NCBI GenBank assembly: GCA_028534125.1
Contig: CM052817.1
Coordinates: 62,622,001 to 62,686,000 of the forward strand
From: Lama glama
Lineage: Eukaryota
Length of the DNA: 64,000 nt
Reading direction: 5' to 3'
Part shown: positions 38,975 to 51,900 of the stretch, piece after piece
How the letters are laid out: every line of letters begins with the position of its first letter
Numbering within the stretch: the stretch's first letter is position 1
The notes under the pieces: generated by a model
Databases searched by the model: none
The model's input: only the letters and a program-made list of their open reading frames with translations
Told to the model about the DNA's origin: nothing
Program-made: the position numbers and the translations under genes

Positions 38975-39190
38975 TTAGAAAACATTTATACAGCATTTAG
39001 TAAGTGGCAGTCACTATTCTATGAACCTTTCACATTTTTATTATTAACTTTATGCGGCTCAAAAACTCTGTGATGTAGCAGCCATTATTATCATCATTTT
39101 ACAGATGAAGAAACAGAAACAGAGAGAAGAGACTTATCCAAGGCATATAGAAGTTGGAGGAAAAGTCAGGATAAAAACCCCAGCACTTCA
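38975..39190 (-). mobile_element. MIR SINE
   Basis: ATTATTATCATCATTTACAGATGAAGAAACAGAAACAGAGAG...TTATCCAAGG. Confidence 0.75.
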
Positions 39191-39993
39191 CATTTACTGA
39201 CAAGAAGAAAAATTCTGTTTTACCTAGTTATATAAAATTTCAAATGAAAAACTATAGGAAATGCAATTATTTGCCAGTGCATTTTCCATAACATCTGATC
39301 TCACCTAGGGCGAGTTTTCATTTGGATTGAATGCTTAAAAGATAATTGAATCTAAACAAAGAGAAATTTTCAACTTGTTTATTCTATTCTTCTTTCCAAT
39401 AAACTGGGGTATTAATTATTTGTATTATAACAGAAAACAAAAAAGAAACACAGCTTCATAGGTCTTTTAATTAGTTAACCAAAAGTTCTTAAGTATAATT
39501 TAAAACCGTCATATGGGAAAAATGAAGCCATCACCAGTCAGCCAATGAGATGCCTATGGAAGTCAAGAGATTAACCTCTCTGGGCTCTGGGAAGAGATTA
39601 CTTTGAAGAAGTAGGATCGTCCCTCCCTTTCCTATCTCTAAATTTTTACTAAGGTTTTTCTTTTGAGTATGCGTTACTATCAACAGATCAATCAACCAAG
39701 TATTAATGAAGTTTTTATTGAAACTCTAGGAACTTTAACAGATCCAAAGATATAAAAATACAGTTCTTTACTAATATCATCTCATAATTAAGTTAAAAAA
39801 AGATAATTCACTGTTAATACACATACACTCAACTATCATAAACAAGGCAGTGTATGACAAATGCTGAAAGAATACTGATGTTCTACACCATATGTGTTAT
39901 AAAGGTTGAGGCATCACTCCTACTGTGTGGTCAAGAAAGGCTTCAGTAAAATGAGAGAGAGAATGAGGAACAGAGAGAAAGAGCGAGAGCAAG

Positions 39994-39996
<3 letters not shown>

Positions 39997-40026
<30 letters not shown>
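39997..40026. repeat. (GA)15 microsatellite
   Basis: Perfect GA run. Confidence 0.97.
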
Positions 40027-40030
<4 letters not shown>

Positions 40031-43000
40031 TTGTAATTCTACCTTCACTATGCTTATTTCAGATACCAGGACTGTTTCCTAGTCCTAAGGAGTCTAAAAT
40101 CGTCCCGAGATCCCTTGGGGATGGAAAACCTCCACTGTACTTTCCCGCATCTTGCTAAGAGCATGCCCTTTGATCTCTGCAATGACTTAGATGTAAAACT
40201 CAACCTCTTCCTCAGCTGGCAGGTAAAAAGCATATATAGACAGAAAAAAATGTTAATTTAGTAGATGTTATAGACTATTCAGCTTATAGAAGAGGAAGTG
40301 GGTTAGGGAACAAATATTCCGCTACTGCGAAGTCCTCAGTACACTTTCCTCCCACCCAGTCCCCAATGTCACGCCACCTCACTGCGTCCTCTCTGCTCTT
40401 CCCACTCCTAGTCTCTTTTCAGCACTCCCTTTGTCCAGTTAGCAACCCATCCTCACACAGAAATCTTCTCATACTTTTTAAAAGATCTTGTATGTTCTCT
40501 TTAGTTACTCCTAGAAAAATATTTCTACCATCATCTTTGTATATCCTAACCCTAAACAGAAGAGTCTTTTATTTGACATGGAGGAAACTTTTTATGTTAG
40601 AATTTCATCATTTGGAAGAATGATTATAGTAAGTTCTAGGTAGGCACAGCAGAATTAGCAAAGACACAGAGGTGCAATGATCCATTGAGATTCTGATGCC
40701 AACAAAAGGTTCTGAGACACTAATGGCAGATGGTAAATGCCAGCTCAGTTAAAATTAGCTTTATATTTTAGATAGCAAGGATCTGTTAGGATTTGTTGAT
40801 CGGAATCTAAAAACAGATGGATAAAGGGAAAATAATCTAGATCTATGGAGTCCAGTTAAAATGTCATCACAATTGTTCTGATCTAAATGCTGGCACCAGG
40901 AGACACACTGGCGCCATCAGGAGTGAGGAAATTAGAGAAACATCACGAAGAAACTATCAAGATTTTCTATTGTGTTGAAGCCAGTAAAATACTAGACGCT
41001 CCTCAAGGTAGAAAATTTCAACAAACAAAAACCTCTAAAATGGGAGCTAATGATCTCACATAATAAACAGAATGCTTATCACATGCAAACTTCTGAATAA
41101 AGCAAGAGAGGAATAGTGTATCTAACTCCAAAAATCACCTGAAAGGCTCAAGCAGTATTGCTCTGCAATTAAGCATGTCAGTATAATGGAAATCCAACTT
41201 GACCTTTATAATATGAAGTTCAGTCTCATGAAGTGAACAAACGTGTTCATAAACAGTAGCTTATAAACTGCAGTACTGAATGATTCATAATTTGCTAACA
41301 TTAGAAGTAATTCATGCATTCAAACATTTTATTGAGCAACTACTCCGTGGCTCAGAATGCCAGCTTGACCCTATGCTCAAAAGCTCATATTCTAATGGCG
41401 AAGGTAATAAAGTAGGAAACAATAAATTTGAATGTACATAACGATAGGATGAATGAAGTGGCTGGGAGAAAATGAGCAGTGGGACTATCCTGATACAGGA
41501 GTGAGAAAAAACGTGTGCATTTGGCTGTTCCAAGAGATGAATCATTGTATACCTTATTATTCTCTCAGAATCTGATTTAAGAAAAATATCTCTATTGCTT
41601 ACATCACTGTATTCAAATACTCCTTTTCTTCCTATATGCATTTAGGATGGAGAGAGGGAGGAAGGGAGACAATTTTCTATTTTCAACAAAAATCAAAGTC
41701 TTAAGCCAGAAAATAAAGCAGAATTTCTAGTACTGGTGTAAGAACCGTGTTGATTGGTAGAGATATGGAATCTTTTCTGTAATTATTGTGTGAAACTCCC
41801 CCTTTTAAAATATATGAGGCCAACTGGCTGCAGGTAAGTTCTGCAAGTCCTATGTTATTTACATAGCCTGTGTACACATGGAGGGATCCCAAATTTAGTT
41901 AAGAGCATCAACATCTTCCCTTTTTTTCTTACAAAATTTGTTCATGTTAAATTCATTTTATTTGTTCAGAAATTTGTGAAGGCAGTATGTTGGAGGAATG
42001 AGACATTGTTCCTGACTCTGGAAAACTCACTGGTTGACAAATTTTCTTTTTTCTTTGTAAAACTTCTTAGTGCCCATGTATTGTCCTAATTCTATGCTTG
42101 CTCCTCTCAATTCTGTACTATTACATCCTCATCCTTCTCTTCCTTCTTTTATTCACAGAAAACCATTAAACTTTTTTCCTTTAGGTACTGTCAGTAAACA
42201 GACTGCCTAGAGGTTCCACAACCAGCACTGATAGAAATGTCAGTGTTTAGTACAAGGACCTGGGGTGGGAGGTGGGATTTTGTAAGAAGCATTAAATATG
42301 CTTTCTTTTATCATAAGTTAAGTAAATGGGAAGGAAGCCCTGGAGAGCTTAAATGCTTTTTGATGGTGCTTTCTTCAGAAGATGGAGAGAGAAAAAAGGA
42401 TCAGTGATGTAGTATCTTATACAAGATGCGCTTGAGATCAGATCTCTTTATTATTACTCAGCAAGGCTTTCCAATCTTGAACACATAATCGGGAAGATTT
42501 ATGGTCCGCGGAAATTGTAATTTAGGCACTCTCCAACAAAATGCCTAAGGAGGAGAGAAATATGTATCTAGTATTGGTGCAAGAACCATGTTGATATGTA
42601 TCAAGAAGAAATAAAATAAGAATCAATACAGAAGTGTTTTTATAGATATAGATAGAAATAATCTGTGGTAACAGTTGAAGAAAAATAACATTATATCAGG
42701 AATATAAGTGAAAAATTAGTGTAACTTCTTCTGCAAACAACCAGATTATTTTATGGCAAATATTTGTCAGGTTATATACAACACAAAAAATGATATTCAC
42801 CATCTAAAGCAAGAAAAGATACAATGGAGATTTGCAGACATATACTAAGTGGGGAAAAATCAAATAATTTAAGAACTAGTAATGGACAGTGTTTTTCTTT
42901 ACAAAATTTCTCGATCTTGATAAAAATTTTCTCTGAAGTCACATTTCACCATAATGGGACTGTATATATAAAAGTTACCAATGGAAAACTTTAAAAAAGT

Positions 43001-44214
43001 ACCAATGAACTCTACACCCTGCCAGACAGTGAGAACAAAATTTCTTAGTCATTTCTGCCCTTGCCTTTGTCCCCTAAAGTGGCTACTCTGATTGGGGTTT
43101 CTCTTCTCCTACTTCTGTCCCCAAAGCAATGCTCAGCCCAGCCTCCTGCCACTAAATCTATATTATAAAGTATATTTTCTCCTTCTTGTGCTAATGTAAT
43201 CATTGTTGAAAATGTGTTGGTTTTACATGATTGAGTACAAAGTGACGGAGTAACACTTCCATTCCTTTACATACTGAAGACTATAGAAATGTAGGCTCTT
43301 TTTTCTAGAGTAGGTATTCTTAATCCTGGTTCTAGCTGTTCATTTATGTGTTTAAGAATTTGAGATTGTTGGGTAACAATGAAAAATAAACCCTGAGCTC
43401 CTTTCTGGTTGCACAATTTGCCAGTGGTAAACCAAAATATTACTAGTACATGGGGGAATCCATGACGGTATCTCTCGTAGCTGTAGCTTTACTGGGAAAA
43501 CATTTCATAATGCTAAGCATGGACTTTAGCCTCATTTCAACTTTAAAATCATAAGCTGAACTGACAGCTGAGTCATTAATCTCTTCCAGTCAAAGTAAAG
43601 AAAAAAATCAGGAAATACTGTTATTTTATAATAGTACATGTTCTATTTAAGTCTTCCCCATGGGGCATGCATTTTATCCCACTGCACGTAACAAAACATT
43701 TTTCTCCATCTCAAAACTCCTGTTTTGTCATTACAACCTACCACAACATTTTTGGTTATATTTGTTTGGAGCATCTGTTTTCTCTAACTCAGAGTAGTCT
43801 AATCTTGCCCTGTTTCGTGCCCTGGGCAACTCCTGGCAAGCAGAGCCACGCTTCAGGAATGTCCGGCACACAGAGAAAGGGAGAAGCACTAGTGGCAGCT
43901 GCTTTCCTGTTGTTCTGTGAAGGGCAAGCACTCGGGCAGTTGCATAGTTGCAGCATCTTTGGTGTTGCTTGCGGCAGTCACAGCGTATGATGATTTTAAC
44001 AAATAAGTACCTTTTATAGGTATAGAGTACTTTTGAAATGTGTGGTTTGCTTTGAAATATATCTGTTAGGTAGAAAGGGCAAGATATTTTCTTACCTACT
44101 TTTTTTAGATAACGAAGCAAACACAAAAAATATTCAGGGTATAACTGAAGAGGCCATTTACTTGTGATTGCCAGGCTGTAAAAGTACCTCAGGTACAGCA
44201 ATTGTGTTGCTCAC

Positions 44215-44750
44215 TGTGGAGCCGGCTGGCACTCTGCAGAGTCACGAAACCCCCACTCCTGGGCTCTGTGTGCCTAGAGCCATTGACACCTTAACCCCTA
44301 CTGCCCCAGGCAGGACCGCTCCACATACCTGCATTTCTGCAGGATTTAAAACAAAACATCTCTTGATGTACATTTGCCTAACAAAACCCATCGCCCCAGG
44401 AGATAGCCTGTCTCACAATACCCTAGGCTGATAGACCTCACATCCTGCCATTGTCAGAGTTGTAAATCCTATTTTCAGAATAGTCCCTGGCAGATCTTAC
44501 AACCAGTCAGAACCTGTGCATGAATTGATCAGTCAATAGTGCAGCCCCCCTAATCCTTGTGTGCACAGTCCCTCCCCCCGGTAAAAGACCTGCAGGTTCT
44601 CCCTGGTGCTCACATAGGCACCTCTCGTCTGTGTGGCCGCTGTCATCCATGGCAGCGCAATCTAATAAACTCCTTTCCTATTCTCATCCTTTGCCTTTGG
44701 TAAATTCTTTTACCAAGCCGTGTCACCAGCCCGCTGCATTGTGTCCCACA
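44215..44750 (+). mobile_element. Solo ERV LTR, family not identified (ERV1-like)
   Basis: Terminal inverted repeat TGTGG...CCACA, AATAAA at 44664-44669, U5-like GGTAAATTCTTTTACC, flanks TCAC/ACAC (near 4-bp TSD), GC content above background. Confidence 0.7.
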
Positions 44751-45190
44751 ACACTCCCCACTCCTTACTATCAGCTTTTCAGAGGATTGGAAACGGGACA
44801 AGATAAGTTGGTATTAGTCTCCCACATCTCCTCTAAGTGGATTCCAATTGCGGAAATGTTACAAGGAGCGGCAGACAATCAAGAAACTGCTGTGTGTAGC
44901 TGGTGCCAGGACTATAACCAGGTCTCAAGGATTCTCACTGTGTCCAGCCTCCTTTACTTCTTCAAAATGACCAGAAATACGACCGATGTTACAAATGAAT
45001 AGTAAAAATAAGTAAAGTTGATATTCTTTTCATTCTAAAGTTATAATGAAGAATGATAAAACTTTAAAGAAAATGTTTCAAGAGAAGGTTTTAACTACCT
45101 TGTATTTCTTCTTTATTACATACTGGATGGCTAATATAATAAATTAGAATGCCTAAATACAAAAAATAGTGATGATAAGAGTTTTCATAA

Positions 45191-45477
45191 TATTCACAGC
45201 AAAACAGAAACAGACTCACAGATACAGAGGAGAAACTAGCGGTGACCAGTGGGGAGAGGGAAGGAGAGAGAGGCACGTTGAGGGTCTGATAAATTATATC
45301 TGAGATATAAATTAGTGTGTATAAACTAGGAAAGCAACAGGATACAATGTACAGCACAGGGAATTACAGTCATTATCTTGTAACTTTTAATGGAATATAA
45401 CCTGTAAAAATACTGAATCACTATGCTGCACACCTGAAGCTAATACTGTAAATCACTATACTTCAGTTACCAAAAAA
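45191..45477 (+). mobile_element. 5'-truncated L1 3' end with TSD
   Basis: AAACAGAAACAGACTCACAGA...GTACAGCACAGGGAA...CTATGCTGCACACCTGAAGCTAA plus A tail; exact 14-bp TSD AAGAGTTTTCATAA at 45177-45190 and 45478-45491. Confidence 0.92.
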
Positions 45478-46558
45478 AAGAGTTTTCATAAGCTCATACA
45501 TGGTTCTTTAAGATCATACATACATAGTGTCTGAAATGGATGAATTCAAATTTTTTTATCAAGTTAAGACATTGTGCTTGATAATTATGAATGATATTCA
45601 ATATACAAGACTGTTCTTAGCTAAAGGACTTTTATGTAAAACACATTTTCTCATGGAATTTTCAGTGTCCTTAATGCAAGTTACGCAGTTTAATAAGCAC
45701 CTCTTGTGAGCCAGGCTCTGCTTCCCAGAGTCTTTCATTGTCACAATAATTTCTTAAAGTTGAACTTAAAAGGTGAAGAATTTCTCCAAGGATAAAAAGT
45801 AAAAAGTTAGTGATTGGCAAAACTAAGATTTAATTTCAGAAATGTGCTTTCAGAAGCTAAATTATTTTCTTCATCTTATTCAGTAAACTTTTTTTTTTTA
45901 GATTATATATTTTACAGAATGAAATTTTAAGGAGATGGCCATATTACAGGATAACAATCTAAGAATAACAATTTAACAATTCATTTTAAATGTGATTCTT
46001 GAATTTAAGATATCCAATAGAAAAAATGGAAAAAAGAATGCTGAAAACTGATTAATGGTTTGGAAATCAAATGACAAAGTTCCCCACAACACAAAAGAAC
46101 CCTGTAAAGAACTGGAAACCAAGAGTGAGTGCAACAAGAGAAATGGAGAACAAATGCAGGGAATTTATTACACAGTAGGCATCTGGGATGCAATGAAAAA
46201 GCCATTAGATAAACACATAAACCATGAATAAAGCACTCATGAGTTGAAGAGCTGAGTTTTTAAGTCATACCTACCAAGAGTGATTACTGAAAAGAAGGTG
46301 CATACCCAGACTTAGCCAGGTGAGATTTCCTCAGCTCCAAGCTTAAGCTGGAAAAGCATATAAACTTCATGAAAGCAAAGGAAAGTGAGTCAATTTTGTG
46401 TCCCTCATCTCATTTGTACCAATGAGATCTGGAAGACAGTACGACACTCTGAACCAAGAACTCTTTATTTTCCAAAAAAGAAAATAAGAAGCAGAAGAAG
46501 AAAGAAGAAAATCAAAAACAAAGAAAAGAAGGGAGAAAAGGTAGCAAGCTAAGTACAT

Positions 46559-46579
46559 ACACACACACACACACACACA
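46559..46579. repeat. (AC)10 microsatellite
   Basis: Perfect AC run. Confidence 0.95.
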
Positions 46580-48294
46580 GGGAGTATATACACTTTCTGA
46601 GACAATTTTAAGAGATACACACATTCTGAGAAAATAATTCAAGAACATCCTACATTTGAATGAAAATTATATCAGAACATCTAAAAATAGGAAGCAAATT
46701 AATTAGAGAAGCACTGATAAAAATGAACTCAGTAGAATACATATTGAATCCAAATTGATGATAATAAAACAATTTGAGAGCAATACTGTTGGTATAAGAA
46801 GGATCCTGTAAGAGAAAAATAACTGGGACTTAAAATTCAGTTTATTTAATAAAACTTAAGAACTTGTATGGGTCAGAAAAATCAGGAGGTAAATGTGTAA
46901 AATATTTTGTGTAAGTGGAAGTAAGCACTTACAAATTGTTTGGTTTTGGTAAATAAAGAAATCTGTGCTTAAGAGTAACCATTAAATGATGAAGACAAAC
47001 ACTGAGGGAAACATATCTGTACATACACAGGAACTTGAAAGTACTGACTGGAGGGAAACAAATTGTTCAACCAAATAAACAAAAGGAATAGTGAAGACAA
47101 TAGGAAGAATATTGAATAACAAAAGTCAAGTAGGATAGGAGAAATAAACTCAAATGTATATATTATTAGAATAACTGTAAATAAGGCACAGTTCTCTATT
47201 GAAAAGCAGTACTTTCAGTTGAATTAGAAATTTCCTGATTGCTAGAGAAACGATACCTATTTGAAAGTTAAAATGTATTAAGAGAAAGATACGGTCAAAG
47301 AGAAACTAGAATGTAAATTGAAAGTGAAATGCTCTGATGAGAGGACATTAATATTTATTGAGTGTTTATAATGTTGCAAAAAGTTTGTTTTGTGAGAAAG
47401 GCTTTATTATCCCTGTTTTAAAGATGAAAATAATAAGGCATAAAAAGTACAGGCAACTTACCTGTTGACTAGTACTCCTATGAATAGGATTTCAATACAA
47501 GATTTGATTCACAATTCTTTATGCTATCCATTACACCAAACTTCATTACCTAAGCGCACAACAAACATATGGTTAAGTACCTCCACATACTTACAGCAGC
47601 TAAGCTGTCTGTTATCAACAGAGGTGACCACCTATCCCTAACCTTTAAATTAACAGATACACCAGATAGCTAACATTCACTGTTGTAATCAGATATTTAT
47701 CATGACACAATGGTAGAATAGAATAGAAAGAACCAAAAGTTATTCAATTTTAAATGGGCCTTTTATTTGTGATAATGATGGAATTATCTGCCAGTAAAAA
47801 AAAAAGCTGAACTGTTAAATAATGGTGTTTGGCAACTGACTAACTATTTGGAAGAATATAAAATTAGAGCCAAACATCTCATCATACATGTAAGTGTATT
47901 TCCATGGGAGCGCAAAATGTAAAAATAATTAAATAATCAAGTAAATTAAATAAAAAGGATTGGATGGAAATATCAGGGTATTTTCGTAAGTTGGGAGTGG
48001 ATATGATCTTATTCCCAGAGTCCATGAAGAAAAGGAAATTGAACTACATTACTGTACAAAAATGGTGAAGTCAGTAAGAAGGCAAAAATGGTTTAGGAGA
48101 AAATACTGACAACATATTGAGCAGAAAATATGTTCTTTTCTTTTTTAAACAAAATGATTCTAAAACATCTAAGGAAAACATAAATAAGCAAACAGACATA
48201 AACCAACACCATAGTGGGCAAGGGATATACTCAAAAATTTTAGAGAAAGAGAAATACAAAAGCCCAATAAACTTGTGAATAGACATTCACTCTT

Positions 48295-48926
48295 AGGTTC
48301 TGTTTCTTCCGCAAACGACCAGCCACCCCGGTTCCCACCCTGAGGAGGCCTCCTTGCTTGGGGTCAGATGTTCTGTGGCTATCATCTTGAAATTCCTAAT
48401 TTCATTTTTGAATTGAGGTTTTATAAGTGATCTCTGAGAGGACATTTAGAGCATGTGCCTGGCTTCTAGAGGTCCAGCCTCTTCCCTCCTTCCTGCCCCC
48501 TGTCACTTCCCTGAGATGAGTTCCTCCTCCACCTCCCTGCTGGGCACAGAGATCAGCTTATGTGGTTGGGGAAGGCCCTGAGTTTTCTGTTGCCCTTGGA
48601 GACAGGGGGTCTAAGCAGGGGGTGGAAGACGGCAGGTCCTGCACTTGCTCCAGGTGGTCCCCTGGGGCAGGTCAAGGCAGAGGTGGCCCAGTCTTGGCTG
48701 CCAGCCTCACTGCTGCTTTAGCGAATTACTTGGCTGGTCTTCCTTGCCCACCTAAAACCAGGTACTGAGTGTGCCCAGTTGTGAAGTCTTCAATCCCTTG
48801 TTAGTCACCCATAAGCAGTGGGGGCAGGGCTGGGCCGTGACAAGGGGAGGCTGTCTTCCCAGATCTCGGCCAGGACCCTGCACTTACATTTTGTCCCAGG
48901 CCCTACAGATCATGTAGCTGGCCCTG
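48295..48926 (+). mobile_element. hAT-Tip100 DNA transposon fossil, MER45B/C-like
   Basis: GCTTGGGG...CATCTTGAAATTCCTAAT...TTTTATAAGTGA and terminal CATTTTGTCCCAGGCCCTACAGATCATGTAGCTGGCCCTG. Confidence 0.7.
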
Positions 48927-51900
48927 CTCACTAGCAGTCAGGGTAAGGAATAAAACAACCATGTTATTCCTATCAGTGCCCAGGAAGGGGTGAGGAAATG
49001 AGTCCTCTCCATGCTGCTGGAACATTGTCTACAGTATTTTTTCAAATTTTAAAAGCTTTTATGCTGCTTCAGCAATCCCATCTTGGGGAATATTTCAGAT
49101 ATTAAGTCAAAATTTATTAAATATTAATATTATTAAGTGAAAATAAACAGTATTATGTCAAAATAAATTTCAGAGATATTCATTGCATCATCACTTATGG
49201 AAGCAAAAACTGGGCAAAATCTGCACTTCCACCCAAGGAGGAATGGTTAAATTGGTTCCTCTAAACTATGGAATACTGGCAAGCTAAGAACATAAAATAC
49301 AGTACATACGGATACAACAGTCAAGTGAAAAAGACACAGAATGTTATTTGATATAATCCCATACTGTTAAAAATTTAATAAAAAAAACTATACATGTGGA
49401 AATATGTATTGGAAGAGGATGATAACAGGAACCGATCTGTACTAAACTGACAGTGGTGGGTAAGTCTTGGGGGTAAGTAAGGGGTAAAGCTGAGGAAGGC
49501 AGAGGCTCATGAATTTTAAATTTCCTATTATTTACTTCGGCATTTAAATGATACGAACATATTTTATATTTACCTTTGTAAATCATAAGAATGAATTATA
49601 TACAAATATGTGGTTAATGAATATGTTAATGAATACATATTTATATGCACATATATGGATATGATGTACTTTCATGCACAAACAAATGAGACACACAACC
49701 CTAAGAAGCTAAATATCTTGTGATTGTATAGGAATTAAGGGTTGCACCAAAATCTGTATCTTTTTTTGAGAGCAGATCGATTACAACAGTAAACAAAGTA
49801 TTAATAGTGTGTACTTTGGTAAAATCTGTGATCTGATTTTAAATATCCAATCAGGCATCGCATGTAAGAAAACAAAAAAGAGAGGCAAACACTTCCCTTG
49901 TATCCCTTTCCTAGGACTTAGGTGTCGCTTTTTAACTTTCTGGAAGAAAATCCAGATTTTGCTGATTTTGTTGATTTTATATAAATCTGTTGGTTACTAA
50001 TGTACTAACTTAAATCCTCAGCCTCACTTGAGCCCCATTTCTTTAGTTTGATTCTAAATTGATAAGCCCAGGAATAGCATCTCCTTCATCACAGTCTCTT
50101 CTACAGCTATCTCTGACTTTCTGGCCTTAGAAGAAATCTCTATTTCCCTGGGTTTGTATCCAGCCTTTAACGTCTTAGGCATTGTCCACAGATGCTGACC
50201 TCCCTTTCCTATATTTTAATTACTGTTTTGAGGGAGTATTTCAGAGTCTTACCGGAAAATGGCTAATTCAGCTGTTGTACAAGAAGAAGAAAAAACAATA
50301 TTCTTTATCCTAGAATCAAGGAGAAATAAAATGTCCTTATAAGTTCATCTCTATGCCTTCAAAGCTGTAATGTTTCTTAGACTGATTTAGTGATACCCTT
50401 TTCTGCATTGTTTTGCTAAGGGTGGGGGTACGTTCTCCAGCTATACTACCCATTAGTATCAGAGAAAGCACCTCTTACGCTGCAAAATACTATCGAGATA
50501 ACACTTACTGCTGTTATAATGATTTCATGTGACTTGGGGGCATGTAAAATAAATACGCTTTCTCTTTCCCATCATCCGCTGAGCTGAGCATCATGTTTGC
50601 CAGGTGACAAATTTTAAATCCAAGCTTAAGATTTGATTACTATATAAATTCTGGCATCACATTTAATAAATCACACACAGAAGGCAGACCACTGTTTTAT
50701 TACCCCCCAACACTCCTTGTCTTGCACCAAATCACACACCACGCAAAGCCCTAAGCTGTAAAATAATACGTAATTATGAAAGCATGGGAGCAAGGATGTC
50801 CTCAAATGCTGATGTTGTTTATAGAAGAATTTCTAAGCATGGTTACAGTTGTGAAAATTCAGTGGAGATTTCCCCTCCCTGCTGTGACATCCACTGTAAA
50901 GTTAGTAACTCAAAATTCCTTCTACTTTATTGCAGGCGCAATACTTAGGAGTGCTTTCAAAGAAAACTAAGCTTTCTATATGCACAGAAATGATATTCAT
51001 AGAAAGACATTACTTCTCTTGAAGAGCTATCCTTATTTGAAGGGGGAGGTGGTCTGTAATTTTCTTGTTGATTGTGTGTATGCATGTGTGTGTGTTGAGC
51101 CAGTGCCCTCGAACATGGGATTTTGTTGAAGAAATATTTTTTGATGTTGCTTTACTCCATTAGATGTGTAAATCACTATTCTACAGTCTGTTCTATTAAG
51201 CTCAGTGACTCATCACACTTATTTGCTTGCCCTCAATCCTTCCCCTTCTTTTCTCCATTAGGTATTAACTGGAACCTGCTTTCTAATTCTGAGCAATTAA
51301 AGAAGCATAGTTAATCTTCTTAGGAGCTAAATGTAAAATGACAAAGCATGTGGTAACATCCTTTTAGCACTCCATTTATCCCAATGTAATTTCTGAAGCA
51401 AGAAAGAAATCCCACAGTTCATTTAATTAATGTATTACTACAAGTGAGATAGACTGAGAGCAGAAAGAACTCTCCTGCCACAAAAAAATCTACAGTTGTT
51501 ATCACACTATTATTAAGAAAAGAATAGTCAGAATATTCTGCTGTCCAAAAAGCAGCTGTAAGGAATGAGAGCTGCCTACTCCTCAGCTGTTGTTACCTGT
51601 ACAGGGAAAGATGTTTAAAAACTGACAACCAAGAGCAATTAGCGCAGGGTTTGTATCCACTTTCTCTCCTTATTTTTCCCCATTCATCTTCCTTTTATTC
51701 TCCTTTCTCTGGATAGTATTTTTTCCTTAAATTTCATCTCCTCCCTTTATTTTGTAGTCTCTGAAAACATAGTTTTTCTTGAGTTTATACACCATGTGAT
51801 TATCAAGTGAAGGGCTCTGGTAAATTTGCTGAAGAGTCAAGAGGTATTTAATATTTTATTGATATACTAAACCACTCTTTACTGACCTCATATTTAGAAC

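Larger units (their letters stand above)
45990..49600 (+). mobile_element. Highly decayed L1ME-type element, interrupted by a MIR and a MER45
   Basis: A-rich; ORF2-like TAAATAATGGTGTTTGGCAACTGAC...AAATTAGAGCC and 3' motifs CAGCAATCCCATCTTGGGGAATAT, GAATGGTTAAAT; boundaries approximate. Confidence 0.55.

Noticed and set aside
43731..45002. ORFs of 156 aa (-) and 147 aa (+) around the solo LTR
   Set aside because: No gag, pol or env similarity evident; no primer-binding site or internal ERV sequence after the LTR
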